Shown here in pieces: positions 39,338-48,967 of a DNA stretch of 64,000 nucleotides. The DNA is taken from NCBI GenBank assembly GCA_034670305.1, contig JAXMNT010000008.1, positions 96,001-160,000 of the forward strand. The letters run 5' to 3'. Both the position numbers and the translations under genes were made by a program. The DNA comes from Deltaproteobacteria bacterium. GTDB lineage: Bacteria > Myxococcota_A > Polyangia > Polyangiales > Houyiibacteriaceae. Under the pieces are notes generated by a model, which saw nothing but the letters and a program-made list of their open reading frames with translations, had not been told where the DNA came from and did not search any database. Positions within the stretch are counted from its first letter, which is position 1. Each line of letters starts with the position of its first letter.

Positions 39338-41053
39338 ATGCGCAGGACGGTTCTCATCACGGGTGCGACCGGCGGCATCGGCCGGGCGCTTGCCCAACGA
39401 CTCGCAGACGAAGGTCTTCGGGTGGTGGCGGCCGGACGAAATCCGGAAGCCCTCATCGCCCTTCACCGCGAGCTGGGCGTGGACGTGCTCGAGCTCGATG
39501 TGCTGGACGACGCCTCCATCGCCGACGCGGCCCAGGAGATCTTCGCGATCACGCAGGGCCGTGGCGTGGACGACATCGTGCACGCGGCCGGCATCGCCGA
39601 ACTCGGTCCCTTGATGTTGGTGACCGACAGTGCGCTGGAGCGGCACTTCGGCACCAACGTGTTCGGTCCGCTCCGGGTCACCCAAGCCTTGGTCGGCCCG
39701 ATGAAGGAGCGCGGGCGAGGGCGCATCGTGCACGTGGCCAGCGTCGTGGACCGGATGACGCTCGCCACCCACGGAGCGTATGGGGCGTCGATGCACGCGC
39801 TGCGTGGTCTCAACGACTCGCTGCGCCAAGAGCTCGCGCCGTTTGGGATCGATGTGACGTTGGTCGAACCCGGTTCGGTGAGGACCGGCTTCGTCAGCGG
39901 CGCGTTCAGCGGACTCGAATCCAAACGTTGGAGCGGCTCCCGCTGGAACCCGGTCATCGACCGACTGCAGACCCTGCAACGCACCGTCCAGGTCCTCGCG
40001 GTTCCACCCGAGCGCGCCGCCAAGACCATCGCCGCTGCCGTCACCCGGCCCCGCCCCCGGCACCGGGAGATCGTGCCCACCGCGGCCACCCTCGTGCAGC
40101 TGACCGCCGCCCGGATGCTCCCCACCCGCGCGTTCGACGGGGTGGTTCGGCAAGCACTGGGTCTCGCGTCCCGCCGCGCGAGCGGGTACGGAACCACCCC
40201 CCACCGCACCGCGCTGATCACCGGCGCGGCGGGCGGCATCGGCGCGGAGACGTCGATCGCGCTTGCGACCGCCGGGTTCCGGGTGTTCGCGACCGACATC
40301 GATCTGGACCGGCTGGCCCAGCTCGAATCCCGCGCGAGTGCACTCGGCTTGACGATCGAGACCATGCCCCTCGACATCACCGACGCGCGCAACCTCGCGC
40401 GCACGCGTCTCGAGATCCGCGAGCGGACCGAAGGAGGTGGGGTCGACCTCCTCGTGAACAACGCCGGGTTCGCGCAGCTGGGACCGTTGGAGTTTCTCGA
40501 GCGGCGGGATCTCGAACGTCAGTTCGACATCAACGTAACGGGACTGATGCGGGTGACGCGTGCGTTCGCGGCCGGCATGGCGGACCGCAAGCAAGGCAGA
40601 ATCATCAACCTCTCTTCGATCGCGGGCGTGTTCGCGTTCCCCCTCATGGGCGCCTACCACGCGAGCAAGTTCGCCGTCGAAGCACTCAGCGACGCGCTTC
40701 GACAGGAACTCGGCCCGTTCGGCATCGACGTCGCGGTCGTGCAGCCGAGCTTCATCGCGAGCGGCTTCGAGACGGTCGCGAAGGCGACGCTCGCCAGCGT
40801 CGACATCGGCCCGGAGTGGTCCTCGGTGATCGCCGACGTGGATCGCATGATCGCCGCGATGGCCAAAGTCGGCGGCACCCCGTCCGACGTCGCCAACGTC
40901 GTCCTCCGCGCCGCCACCGCCGCCCACCCCCGCCCCCGCTACGCCGCCCCACCCTTCGCTTCCGTCTTCGCCCGCACCCTCCCCCACATCCCCAGCCGCC
41001 TGAGCGACGGACTCCTCCGCCGCCTCACCCACCTGAACACGATCCGCACCTGA
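39338..41053 (+). CDS. Tandem (two-domain) short-chain dehydrogenase/reductase
   Basis: Two TGxxxGIG Rossmann motifs ([18 protein letters not shown]); second domain has NNAG and YHASK. Confidence 0.88.
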   Translation: MRRTVLITGATGGIGRALAQRLADEGLRVVAAGRNPEALIALHRELGVDVLELDVLDDASIADAAQEIFAITQGRGVDDIVHAAGIAELGPLMLVTDSALERHFGTNVFGPLRVTQALVGPMKERGRGRIVHVASVVDRMTLATHGAYGASMHALRGLNDSLRQELAPFGIDVTLVEPGSVRTGFVSGAFSGLESKRWSGSRWNPVIDRLQTLQRTVQVLAVPPERAAKTIAAAVTRPRPRHREIVPTAATLVQLTAARMLPTRAFDGVVRQALGLASRRASGYGTTPHRTALITGAAGGIGAETSIALATAGFRVFATDIDLDRLAQLESRASALGLTIETMPLDITDARNLARTRLEIRERTEGGGVDLLVNNAGFAQLGPLEFLERRDLERQFDINVTGLMRVTRAFAAGMADRKQGRIINLSSIAGVFAFPLMGAYHASKFAVEALSDALRQELGPFGIDVAVVQPSFIASGFETVAKATLASVDIGPEWSSVIADVDRMIAAMAKVGGTPSDVANVVLRAATAAHPRPRYAAPPFASVFARTLPHIPSRLSDGLLRRLTHLNTIRT

Positions 41054-41222
41054 GGGGTCGGCCCGGCTTCGGGTTTCGGCCTCGGCCTCGGTTTCGGCGT
41101 CGGCTTCGGCGTCGGCTTCGGCTTCGGCTTCGGCTTCGGCTTCGGCTTCGGCGTCGGCTTCGCCTTCGGCGTCAGAATCGGCGTCGGAACCACCGGGCAC
41201 GGGCACGGGCACCGGGCACGGG
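41053..41222 (+). repeat. Intergenic hexamer array (TCGGCN)n with (GGGCAC)n tail, copy 7
   Basis: Leader AGGGGTCGGCCC, array about 41065-41188, five GGG tracts 41195-41222. Confidence 0.93.
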
Positions 41223-41244
41223 AACTTCCGCCTTCGCGGAAGTT
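41223..41244. terminator. Hairpin between convergent SDR and yajQ genes
   Basis: AACTTCCGC-CTTC-GCGGAAGTT, a perfect 9-bp stem; no strong U tract. Confidence 0.5.
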
Positions 41245-41247
41245 GGC

Positions 41248-41736
41248 TCAGTCGCGGAAGTTCGTGAAGGACAACGCGAGCTCGAAGTCCTTCTCTTTCA
41301 GCGCGGCGATCGCGTCCTGCAGGTCGTCGCGCTTCTTGCCCGTGACGCGCACGGTGTCGCCCTGGATCGAGCCCTGGACCTTCAGCTGTTTCATCTCTTT
41401 GAGGGTCTTCACGATGAGCTTCGCCTTCTCTTGCGAGATGCCCTCGACGAGCTTGATCAACTGGCGGTGCATCTTGCCGCCGGCGGGCTGCGCCTTCTGC
41501 ACATCCAGCGACTTCAGCGAGACCTTGCGCCGGACCATCTTCGTCTTGAGCACGTCGAGCGCGGCTTCGAGGCGTCCGTCGCTGTTGGCGCGAAGCACGA
41601 TGCCTTCGTCGTTCACTTCGAAGGTCGTTTCCGTTCCCTTGAAGTCGAACCGTTGGCCCACCTCGCGGCTGGCCTGATCCACCGCGTTGCGGACTTCTTG
41701 CATGTCGAGTTTGCAGACTACGTCGAACGAAGGCAT
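41248..41736 (-). CDS. yajQ: YajQ family nucleotide/c-di-GMP-binding protein
   Basis: MPSFDVV...RFDFKG...IQGDTVRVTGKKRDDLQ...FTNFRD. Confidence 0.96.
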   Translation of the reverse strand: MPSFDVVCKLDMQEVRNAVDQASREVGQRFDFKGTETTFEVNDEGIVLRANSDGRLEAALDVLKTKMVRRKVSLKSLDVQKAQPAGGKMHRQLIKLVEGISQEKAKLIVKTLKEMKQLKVQGSIQGDTVRVTGKKRDDLQDAIAALKEKDFELALSFTNFRD

Positions 41737-41774
41737 GGGCCGATTCTGATGGGCAGGCGGCCCGCGTCAAGCCG

Positions 41775-42434
41775 TCAAGAAGACGCATCCGCATCGCGCA
41801 CCGCCCGAACGAACGCCTGCAGCTTGGACTCGTCCAGCGCTCCACCCGTGCGCACGCCGGAACACACGTCCACCCCGTAGGGGCGAACGGTGGCGATCGC
41901 CGCGCCCACGTTGCGCGCCCGCAGACCGCCCGCGAGAAAGACCGGGCGTCCCGCGCGCCGCACGAACTCAGCGCTGATGGACCAGTCGTGGGTCCGGCCC
42001 GTACCACCGAACTCGTTGGTATTGGGCGACCCGCTGTCGAGCAAGAACGCATCCACATGCGGCGCGTAGGCGTCCAGGAGCCCGAGCGATGCCGCGTCTT
42101 CTACGTGGATGACCTGGACCCGTCGAACCCGTGGAGAGGCTTGCGCCAGCGCTCGGTGCTCGGTCGGATCAATGTGTTTCACGATCTGGATCACGTGGGT
42201 CCCGCACGCGTTGACATGCTCGGCGAGTTCACCGCCCGTGGTGCGGGCGCTCAACAGAAACGAGGCGACGGGCACCGCGAGTCGGGCCGCGATGTCGGCC
42301 GCGAGCGCGTCGCCGATCACCCCGGGGCCGCTCGGCATCTCACCCACCAGCCCGATGGCGTCGGCGCCGGCGCGAACGGCGATGGCGGCTTCGAGGTGAG
42401 ACTCGATGCAGCAGACTTTGATGCGGGTCCGCAC
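41775..42434 (-). CDS. trpF: Phosphoribosylanthranilate isomerase
   Basis: RIKVCCI, GADAIG, LLDS, GGTGRTHDW, FLAGGL, GVDVCSGV. Confidence 0.9.
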   Translation of the reverse strand: MRTRIKVCCIESHLEAAIAVRAGADAIGLVGEMPSGPGVIGDALAADIAARLAVPVASFLLSARTTGGELAEHVNACGTHVIQIVKHIDPTEHRALAQASPRVRRVQVIHVEDAASLGLLDAYAPHVDAFLLDSGSPNTNEFGGTGRTHDWSISAEFVRRAGRPVFLAGGLRARNVGAAIATVRPYGVDVCSGVRTGGALDESKLQAFVRAVRDADASS

Positions 42435-43315
42435 TACCGGCTCGGGTTGGGAAGCAGGTGCCGCGCGGGGTCGCGCAGCCAGCCGCGTTGACGCCATTCG
42501 AAGTGCAGATGGGGCGCGTAGGCGAACCCGGTCTCGCCCACCGTCGCGATGGTGGAAGCCCGGCGCACGTACTGCCCCGGTGAAACGAGCAGCGTGTGGC
42601 AGTGCGCGTAGAAGGTCGAGTAGCCCTCGCCGTGCAGCAACATGACGACGTTGCCGTACCCGGTGATCTCGTTGCCGGCGTACACCACGAGTCCATCGCG
42701 CGCGGCGACGATCGGAGAGCCCTCCGGCGCGCCGATGTCGATGCCGTTGTGACGGCGGTTGCGCAGCGAGCCGCGCCGGTTGCGGCCGAAGCCGCGGCCC
42801 ATGCGCCCCCCTGGAAGCGGGAACGTGAGGCGCCTCGAGTCGTCCAAATGCGCGACCGCTTCCATCCAGGGATCGAACGGACGTTTGTGCATCAACCACT
42901 TCGCCGTGTGTCGATGGCCGAGGCCGAGCTGCGCCGCGAAGGCCGCCACTTCGGGTGTGGGCGTGGGCCGTCTCAACGCGCCCGAGCAATGCTCGCGGTA
43001 ACCGCCCTGGGTGCGGCACTCGCGCGGCAGGCGGCGTCGTCTGCGGTCTGGGCGCAGGAGGTAGGCGTCGTGGTCGTTGCGGTTCCACTGGACCGGAACG
43101 GACGCCGCCAGATCGAGCCTCAACGCCCGCACCGCATCGGGTACGGGCAATGGCGCCTGGGCAGCGCTGGGTTCCCCGCGCTGGGTGTGGTGGGCGATCC
43201 GAGTGTCCCGAGCTGGGGAATGCCGTGGCTGCGCCACGACGTGTGCGGCCGTCCAGAGCGCCGCGAGACAGAGACAGCCATGGGCGAGCCGAGGTCGTCT
43301 AAGGGAACGGAACAC
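42434..43315 (-). CDS. M23 family metallopeptidase
   Basis: HNGID (HxxxD), YGN, YAH, PHLHFE (HxH); N-terminal signal-like segment. Confidence 0.9.
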   Translation of the reverse strand: MFRSLRRPRLAHGCLCLAALWTAAHVVAQPRHSPARDTRIAHHTQRGEPSAAQAPLPVPDAVRALRLDLAASVPVQWNRNDHDAYLLRPDRRRRRLPRECRTQGGYREHCSGALRRPTPTPEVAAFAAQLGLGHRHTAKWLMHKRPFDPWMEAVAHLDDSRRLTFPLPGGRMGRGFGRNRRGSLRNRRHNGIDIGAPEGSPIVAARDGLVVYAGNEITGYGNVVMLLHGEGYSTFYAHCHTLLVSPGQYVRRASTIATVGETGFAYAPHLHFEWRQRGWLRDPARHLLPNPSR

Positions 43316-43371
43316 ACCGCGATCCTACCCGAGAAGTTGTGTCGAGCGGCGGAGAAGCACATCCTACCGCC

Positions 43372-43869
43372 GTGGATGAAGAGCAAGCATGGCGTCTGAT
43401 CGGAGAAGCCCGCGCGATCGATCAGAGCCCTGACGCGATGGCCCGCCATCTCGTGCATGTCCTGACCGATGCGGGAAACGCCCGACACATCCAGCGCTTC
43501 GACGAGATCTTCTCGCGTTGGATGCTGCGCGGCTACCGATGGGATCTGTGGGGTGTGTCCGGCCTCGTCTCTGGTGGCCACGGCGACCAAGAGAGCTTCA
43601 TGGCGTTCCGGAGCTGGCTGGTCTCACTCGGCCAAGAGGCGTTCGACAAGGCGCTGGAGGACCCCGACTCTCTCGCGCCGTTCTTGGTCTCGGCCCCGTC
43701 CGGTGAACCGCTCTGCTACGTCGCCCGAGACGCGTACGAAGCGGTCGAGGGGTCGGAGCTCCCCACACCCACACTCGACCTCTTCGCCGAGCCGCACGGG
43801 CAACCGATCCCGGCCAGTGATCTGACGACGCAGTTCCCGAAGATCGCCGCGGCGCTCGGGCTCTCCTGA
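43372..43869 (+). CDS. DUF4240 domain protein
   Basis: W..I..AR start; DLWGVSGLVSGG...FMAFRSWLVSLG...DPDSL pattern. Confidence 0.75.
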   Translation: MDEEQAWRLIGEARAIDQSPDAMARHLVHVLTDAGNARHIQRFDEIFSRWMLRGYRWDLWGVSGLVSGGHGDQESFMAFRSWLVSLGQEAFDKALEDPDSLAPFLVSAPSGEPLCYVARDAYEAVEGSELPTPTLDLFAEPHGQPIPASDLTTQFPKIAAALGLS

Positions 43870-43915
43870 GTCTGCGCCTAGTCCGCGAACAGCTTCGGTT
43901 CGACTTCGGTCGAAC

Positions 43916-44302
43916 TCAGGTTCGCGCCAAAGTCGGTCGGACAAAAGGGCGGGGTTCGGTCCCTCCGAGATGCCGGCGCGTCTCCGGGTTGGCCCAACAG
44001 ACGTAGAGCGCGTACGCCGCGTAGAACGTGCCGATCGGGAACGTGAGGATGAGGCAGAGCGCCACGAGCGTCTGAAGGGACCGGCCGCGGCCACGGCCCA
44101 AGCGGAAAACGAGGATGAGGTGCGCGATGGCCAGCACCCCGGTCACGCCGCCGACGGTCGCTCCGGTGAACGCCGCGAGCTGACTGGTGCGCTCGGCGTC
44201 GAGGTACGGGTAGGTCCACGTCATGAGCGCCAAGACCGACACCGTTCCGGCGATCGCGCTGAGGACCAGGTTCATTCCGCGGAGGACGTTGAGGCTCGAC
44301 AT
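43916..44302 (-). CDS. Small hypothetical membrane protein
   Basis: ATG 44302, three to four hydrophobic segments, FPIGT motif. Confidence 0.6.
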   Translation of the reverse strand: MSSLNVLRGMNLVLSAIAGTVSVLALMTWTYPYLDAERTSQLAAFTGATVGGVTGVLAIAHLILVFRLGRGRGRSLQTLVALCLILTFPIGTFYAAYALYVCWANPETRRHLGGTEPRPFVRPTLART

Positions 44303-44457
44303 GACCCGCCCCTTCGCAAGGGTCGTGCCGTTGTGAACCGACTTGGAAGTCAGTGAAATCGATGGTGCGGGTTGAGGATGCGCACACGATCGCAACCGCT
44401 CACAGCGGGTGTGACGCGTGACGGTCGCCGGTGTGACGCGTCACATCGGTCGCCTGA

Positions 44458-45582
44458 TCAGCGGGGGTGAAAGTCGAATGGGTAGTCCAGCTCTGTCCGC
44501 CCCCCACGCCACCCGGGGAAACGCCAACGGCCGACCTCCGCGAGCAGACAACGATCGAGCCGGGGCGTCGGACGCGGGAAGCTGGATTCGAGGACGACCC
44601 GTGAGCCGACCGACCCAGACGGGAGGATCGTGAACCGAACCGTGACCAGCCCTTCGAACCCAGGATGCCGTCGCTCGGCCGCCCGTTGGCAGGCGCGCAC
44701 GTGCCGCATCCGGCGCTGGACCACCCGCGCGATCTCGGGACGGGCCGCGGGCCCCTCGGGGAGGATGTCGCGCCTCCGCCCACGCGCATCTGGCGTCGGC
44801 TCGGGGAGCAGCCAGTCCGGCACGTCCGAATTGAACCGAAGCCCCTGGGCGATTTGGGTGGGCGCACTGGACACCGGGAAACGCCACCCCGATGCCTGCC
44901 CCTCGAGACATCGAGCCAGCGCTTCGGGCAACTCGGTGGCGGCACTCGCGCTCACTGCACCAGCCGCAGACACGGTGAAGCTCAGCTGCCCGTCCCCCTC
45001 GAACGGAGCGCGGTGCCGAAGGTGAAACGCGTAGCACGCCCGCAGCTCCGCGAGCCGGGTCGAAAGCGTCCGACGAACGACGACGGAGGAGAGCGGCCCA
45101 CGAACCTCGAGCAGGCGCAGCAGAACCTGCGCTGCGGAGGCGGCCTGGTCGGCTCCTTGACTCGGCACGGATTGCGCCGGCAATCCGATCGGCGGAGCCT
45201 GGTCTCCGTGAATCCGGACGGTCACCACGCTCACCCCGTGGCGGGCGGGAAAGCTGGCCCGCCGAAGCACGGGTTCGATGCACGCGCGCACGGGTTCGGA
45301 AAGTGCCACGCCCGGATCGACCAGGCGCAGTCCCACCACACGTCCGTTCCGTCCGATGGTGATCTCGTAGACCACGCTGGGGTGGGTGGACTGCTCGAGG
45401 CAGGTTCGGATCGATGGCTGCTGCAAGTACAGCGCGGCGAACAGGGGGGCTCCAACGAGCGGCCCGGACACTTCGGCCACCAGCGAGAGCGGTTCGTCCG
45501 CTCGCGCGGCTTCCCCGCCGTCTTGCGCTTCTGCGTGCGACGCGAAGGCAACTGCAACCACCAGAGTGAGGAGGATCTTCAT
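44458..45582 (-). CDS. Exported protein with three AgmX/PglI C-terminal (TonB-C-like) domains
   Basis: Signal MKILLTLVVAVAFASHAEA; repeated R.CY...G...F.I...G.V...C......RFP...YPF.F units. Confidence 0.75.
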   Translation of the reverse strand: MKILLTLVVAVAFASHAEAQDGGEAARADEPLSLVAEVSGPLVGAPLFAALYLQQPSIRTCLEQSTHPSVVYEITIGRNGRVVGLRLVDPGVALSEPVRACIEPVLRRASFPARHGVSVVTVRIHGDQAPPIGLPAQSVPSQGADQAASAAQVLLRLLEVRGPLSSVVVRRTLSTRLAELRACYAFHLRHRAPFEGDGQLSFTVSAAGAVSASAATELPEALARCLEGQASGWRFPVSSAPTQIAQGLRFNSDVPDWLLPEPTPDARGRRRDILPEGPAARPEIARVVQRRMRHVRACQRAAERRHPGFEGLVTVRFTILPSGSVGSRVVLESSFPRPTPRLDRCLLAEVGRWRFPGWRGGRTELDYPFDFHPR

Positions 45583-45584
45583 GA

Positions 45585-46832
45585 TCAATTGGGGGCGAAG
45601 ACGAACGGGTAGTTGATGTGGAGCAGTCCCGTCGATGCGGGGAACCTCCAGCGCCGGACCCGATCGAGCACACATGTGTAGAGCGCGGGGGTGGGCTGGG
45701 TGATCGTCGTACGGACGACGGATGCATCCGCGACTTGGCCGGTGGGCAAGATGGTGAACCCGACCGTCAGGGTGCCCGCCACGGTGCGGTCCGCGAGGTA
45801 CGCGGTCTGGTAGCAGGTGCGCAGCTCGTGGGTGTGGCGCCGCACCACCCGCACGATCTCCGGGTGCCGCGTCCCGCCCGGAGGGGTGGTCCCGCGGACC
45901 CGCACCATGGGGGTGGGACTGCGCTCGCGAACCTGCCCGAGGATCCCCGGACCCTGCGCCTGCATGGTGAACCGAAGTGTCTGCTGGATCTCGGTGGGCG
46001 AGGCCGCTTCGGCGAAGCGCCACGCCCGTACCCGCTGGTCGATGCACCGGGACAGCTGCGCGGGTGGCGTGGCGCCCTGTTCGCGGACAGCGGCGACGCT
46101 GCCGTCCGGAGACACCGTCAGCGTCAGTTCGGTGGTGCCCTGGAATGGCAACCCGCGCCCAACCTGTGCTTCGTAGCAACGCCGAAGCTCCGCGGTTCGG
46201 CGCCCGGCCGTCCTGCGGACCACCGCCGCCGAGAGTCCCCCACGCACCCGAACGGTGCGCAGCCGCACGCGCGCGTGGCTCCGCGCCGGCACCCTTCCCA
46301 ACACGTTCCCGCCCCCCGCAGTTCTGGCCACGACCCCGCCGTTGCCCCGCAGCGCCAGCACCCCGCCAGAGTCGCTCGAGCGCAGGGCGCCGAGCAGCAT
46401 GGCCTGCGCCTCGTCGCGTTGAATGCGGACGCTCGCCACGCTGGCGGCGCGCTGCGCCGGAAACCTCGCCTGCCGCAGCACCCGAACCAAGCACGCACGC
46501 ACGGCTTCGGGCTGAGCCTCCGCGGCATCGGTCGTGGAGACGAGCTGCAGATCGGACACGCGCCCATTGCGGCCGATCGTGATCTTGTACTCGGCGCTGC
46601 GATCGGTCGGCTCGACGCAGGACCGAACCGATGGCTGCAGTGAGTTCAGCGACGTCACCAACGCTTCGCCCGAGAGGGGGCCCGACTCTTCGGCGGTCAG
46701 ACGAAGCGGCGTGGTGGATCGCGTCCCGCTGGCGCGTCGAATGGGATCGGTCTGCGCGTGCGTGGCCGCTGGAAGCAGCGCGCAGAGCACGGCAGCGGCG
46801 GAGACCACCGACGGAAGCGCAGACCTCTTCAT
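45585..46832 (-). CDS. Exported protein with three AgmX/PglI C-terminal (TonB-C-like) domains
   Basis: Signal MKRSALP...ATHA; ELRRCYE, ELRTCYQ, RWRFP, INYPFVF. Confidence 0.78.
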   Translation of the reverse strand: MKRSALPSVVSAAAVLCALLPAATHAQTDPIRRASGTRSTTPLRLTAEESGPLSGEALVTSLNSLQPSVRSCVEPTDRSAEYKITIGRNGRVSDLQLVSTTDAAEAQPEAVRACLVRVLRQARFPAQRAASVASVRIQRDEAQAMLLGALRSSDSGGVLALRGNGGVVARTAGGGNVLGRVPARSHARVRLRTVRVRGGLSAAVVRRTAGRRTAELRRCYEAQVGRGLPFQGTTELTLTVSPDGSVAAVREQGATPPAQLSRCIDQRVRAWRFAEAASPTEIQQTLRFTMQAQGPGILGQVRERSPTPMVRVRGTTPPGGTRHPEIVRVVRRHTHELRTCYQTAYLADRTVAGTLTVGFTILPTGQVADASVVRTTITQPTPALYTCVLDRVRRWRFPASTGLLHINYPFVFAPN

Positions 46833-46848
46833 GTGCACTCGTCTGCCT

Positions 46849-47709
46849 TCAGGTGCTGGGGCGGAAGATGAAGGGATACTCCACTGCGATGGAGCCGCCC
46901 TCGAAGGTCGGGAACCGGATGGCACGCGTCACGTTCAGAATGCACGCCTCGGTCTCGGGGTGCTCCAGGCTCGAGAAACGGATGTTCGCGCTCTGCACGC
47001 GGCCGTTGGCGCCGATTCGGAGGTGGACGTTCACGCGTCCCTCGAGGGCCGGTGCACGCTGAAGGGCGCGCTCGTAGCACGCACGGATGTCCTGCCGCTG
47101 CGCGGCCACGGTCGCGCGGATGGCTCGCTGCGAGAGCGTTCGCGCGGAGGGCGGACCAGCGACGTCTGCGGTGGCGGTGCCTGGTGGGGCGCCACTCGGC
47201 AGGTTGGCGCGTGGCTGCGCGGTCCCAGTCGGGTTCGCGGTCGGCGCTTGGGTGTTCGCGGTCGGAGCCGGAGCCGGAACCTGCGGTCGGAAGACCAAGG
47301 GATAGGACACGCGCACGAGACCGGGCGGTCGAGCGAAGACCATTCTCCCGGCCTCCTGAAGCACACACGTCTCGACCTCTGGACTGTCCAACGACGAATC
47401 CACGATCTCCGGCTCCCGAACCGTGCCGTCGACCTGAATGGTGAATCGAATGTTGAGACGACCCTCGAGCGTCGGCTGCGTCCGAAGCGCTGCCTCGTAG
47501 CAAGCCCGGAACGCGGGCGCATGGCCCCGGATCACATCCCGCACCGGTTGCATGGCCATCGACCCGCGCGTCGCGGGCTGGGCCTGGACTTGGCTGGCGC
47601 AGAGCACGCCGCAGAGTGCGCACAAGAAGCCAACGCCGCGATTCCTGGAGCCAGCACTGCTCCCGACACTGGGGAGACGTTGAAACGGAGTGGGTCGGGA
47701 AGTGAGCAT
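46849..47709 (-). CDS. Exported protein with two AgmX/PglI C-terminal (TonB-C-like) domains
   Basis: FRACYEAALRTQPTLEGR...VSYPLVF and IRACYERALQRAPALEGR...EYPFIF; start uncertain. Confidence 0.78.
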   Translation of the reverse strand: MLTSRPTPFQRLPSVGSSAGSRNRGVGFLCALCGVLCASQVQAQPATRGSMAMQPVRDVIRGHAPAFRACYEAALRTQPTLEGRLNIRFTIQVDGTVREPEIVDSSLDSPEVETCVLQEAGRMVFARPPGLVRVSYPLVFRPQVPAPAPTANTQAPTANPTGTAQPRANLPSGAPPGTATADVAGPPSARTLSQRAIRATVAAQRQDIRACYERALQRAPALEGRVNVHLRIGANGRVQSANIRFSSLEHPETEACILNVTRAIRFPTFEGGSIAVEYPFIFRPST

Positions 47710-47899
47710 GGGCAACTGGGACCAGGGGACTGAGCAGAATATTCGACGCGGCGAAGCCGAGCGAAGCGAGCAAGCCGTGTCACGCGAAAGCAACCAACCC
47801 ATGTCACCCGGACACGACTCGATGTCGTGGCCGCGCCTGCCACTGTACCCCATCCACAGACCGCATCTTCCCTGGCACGGCGCCTGCAGTCGCCCGCGC

Positions 47900-48964
47900 A
47901 TGACCTCCCCCTGGCGCACCCTGACACTGCTCCTCGCCCTTTGCTCCTTCGGCTGCTTTCGGAACCATGGCATCGACGACGTCGACTCGGGACCTGCGGC
48001 CGACGCCGGACGCGACGCGGCGTTCCCGGACGCGCCGGGTTGCTACTTCGGCGACATCGCGTTCGCGAACGAACTGACGTGTCCGGAGGAAGCGTTCGTC
48101 GGCGACACGGTGGAAGTTCGATTCGAACACTCCTCTGGAGGCTGTTGCTCGACCGGGAGCGCCACCGTGCGCGCCGTCGCCGACGGACCCAACCGCACTC
48201 GGCTCGAAGGCGACTGGGTCACCTGTGACTGCTGCGAGTTGTGCGACTGCATCGGACCGTTTCAAACCGATGCGCTCGCCATCGGCCCGCTCGCCGCGGG
48301 CACCCACACCGTCGTGGTCGCGGGCACGAGTTGCACCATCGAGGTCCGAAACGAAACGCGCACCTGCACCCCGATGGCGCCCGACACCGTGCGCGCGCCG
48401 CGCGTGCTCTTCGAAGGTCAGCCGATGGCGTTTTCTCTCGTGCAGACGGACGCGTTCGGGTGCGACTGCGATCCGACCCTGCGCCGGGTTCCGGAAGACG
48501 CGTTCACGGCGGAGCTCTGCGATTGTTGCGAGCTCTGCATGTGCGTCGACCCCGGCTACGAAGTCGCCTACCTCGGACCGCGCATCGAGACGCCACCGAC
48601 CGTCATCGACGACACCACCCTGCCCACGGAGTACCGAGACCTCGCCTCCTGCCGGCCGGTGAGTCCGACGGGGCTGCGCGTCGAGCCGCCGCACGAACGG
48701 GTCCTGCGCGACGGTCCCGCCATCTGGTGGGCCGTCGTCTCCGGCGTCGACACGGTCTGCTGCACCGAACCCTACGGCGGGGTGCGGGAGGCGTTGGTCG
48801 GCGAGGTCGGACAGCGGCTCGAACTCTACTCGTGCCATCAGGAAGACTGCGACTGCGTCGGCTCTCCGAGACCCTTCGAAGCCTGGTACCCCCTCGGCGA
48901 ACTCGCCCCAGGCGGCTACCTCTTCCACGCCGGCGAACACGAACTCAGCTTCATGGTCCCGTAG
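47900..48964 (+). CDS. Cys-rich hypothetical lipoprotein
   Basis: Lipobox CSFGC, DAG linker, about 26 Cys including CDCCELCxC twice. Confidence 0.7.
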   Translation: MTSPWRTLTLLLALCSFGCFRNHGIDDVDSGPAADAGRDAAFPDAPGCYFGDIAFANELTCPEEAFVGDTVEVRFEHSSGGCCSTGSATVRAVADGPNRTRLEGDWVTCDCCELCDCIGPFQTDALAIGPLAAGTHTVVVAGTSCTIEVRNETRTCTPMAPDTVRAPRVLFEGQPMAFSLVQTDAFGCDCDPTLRRVPEDAFTAELCDCCELCMCVDPGYEVAYLGPRIETPPTVIDDTTLPTEYRDLASCRPVSPTGLRVEPPHERVLRDGPAIWWAVVSGVDTVCCTEPYGGVREALVGEVGQRLELYSCHQEDCDCVGSPRPFEAWYPLGELAPGGYLFHAGEHELSFMVP

Positions 48965-48967
48965 CCG

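Noticed and set aside
41775-43315. Functional link between the M23 peptidase and the overlapping trpF
   Set aside because: A 1-nt stop/start overlap only. Scattered trpF genes are common and no mechanistic link is supported.
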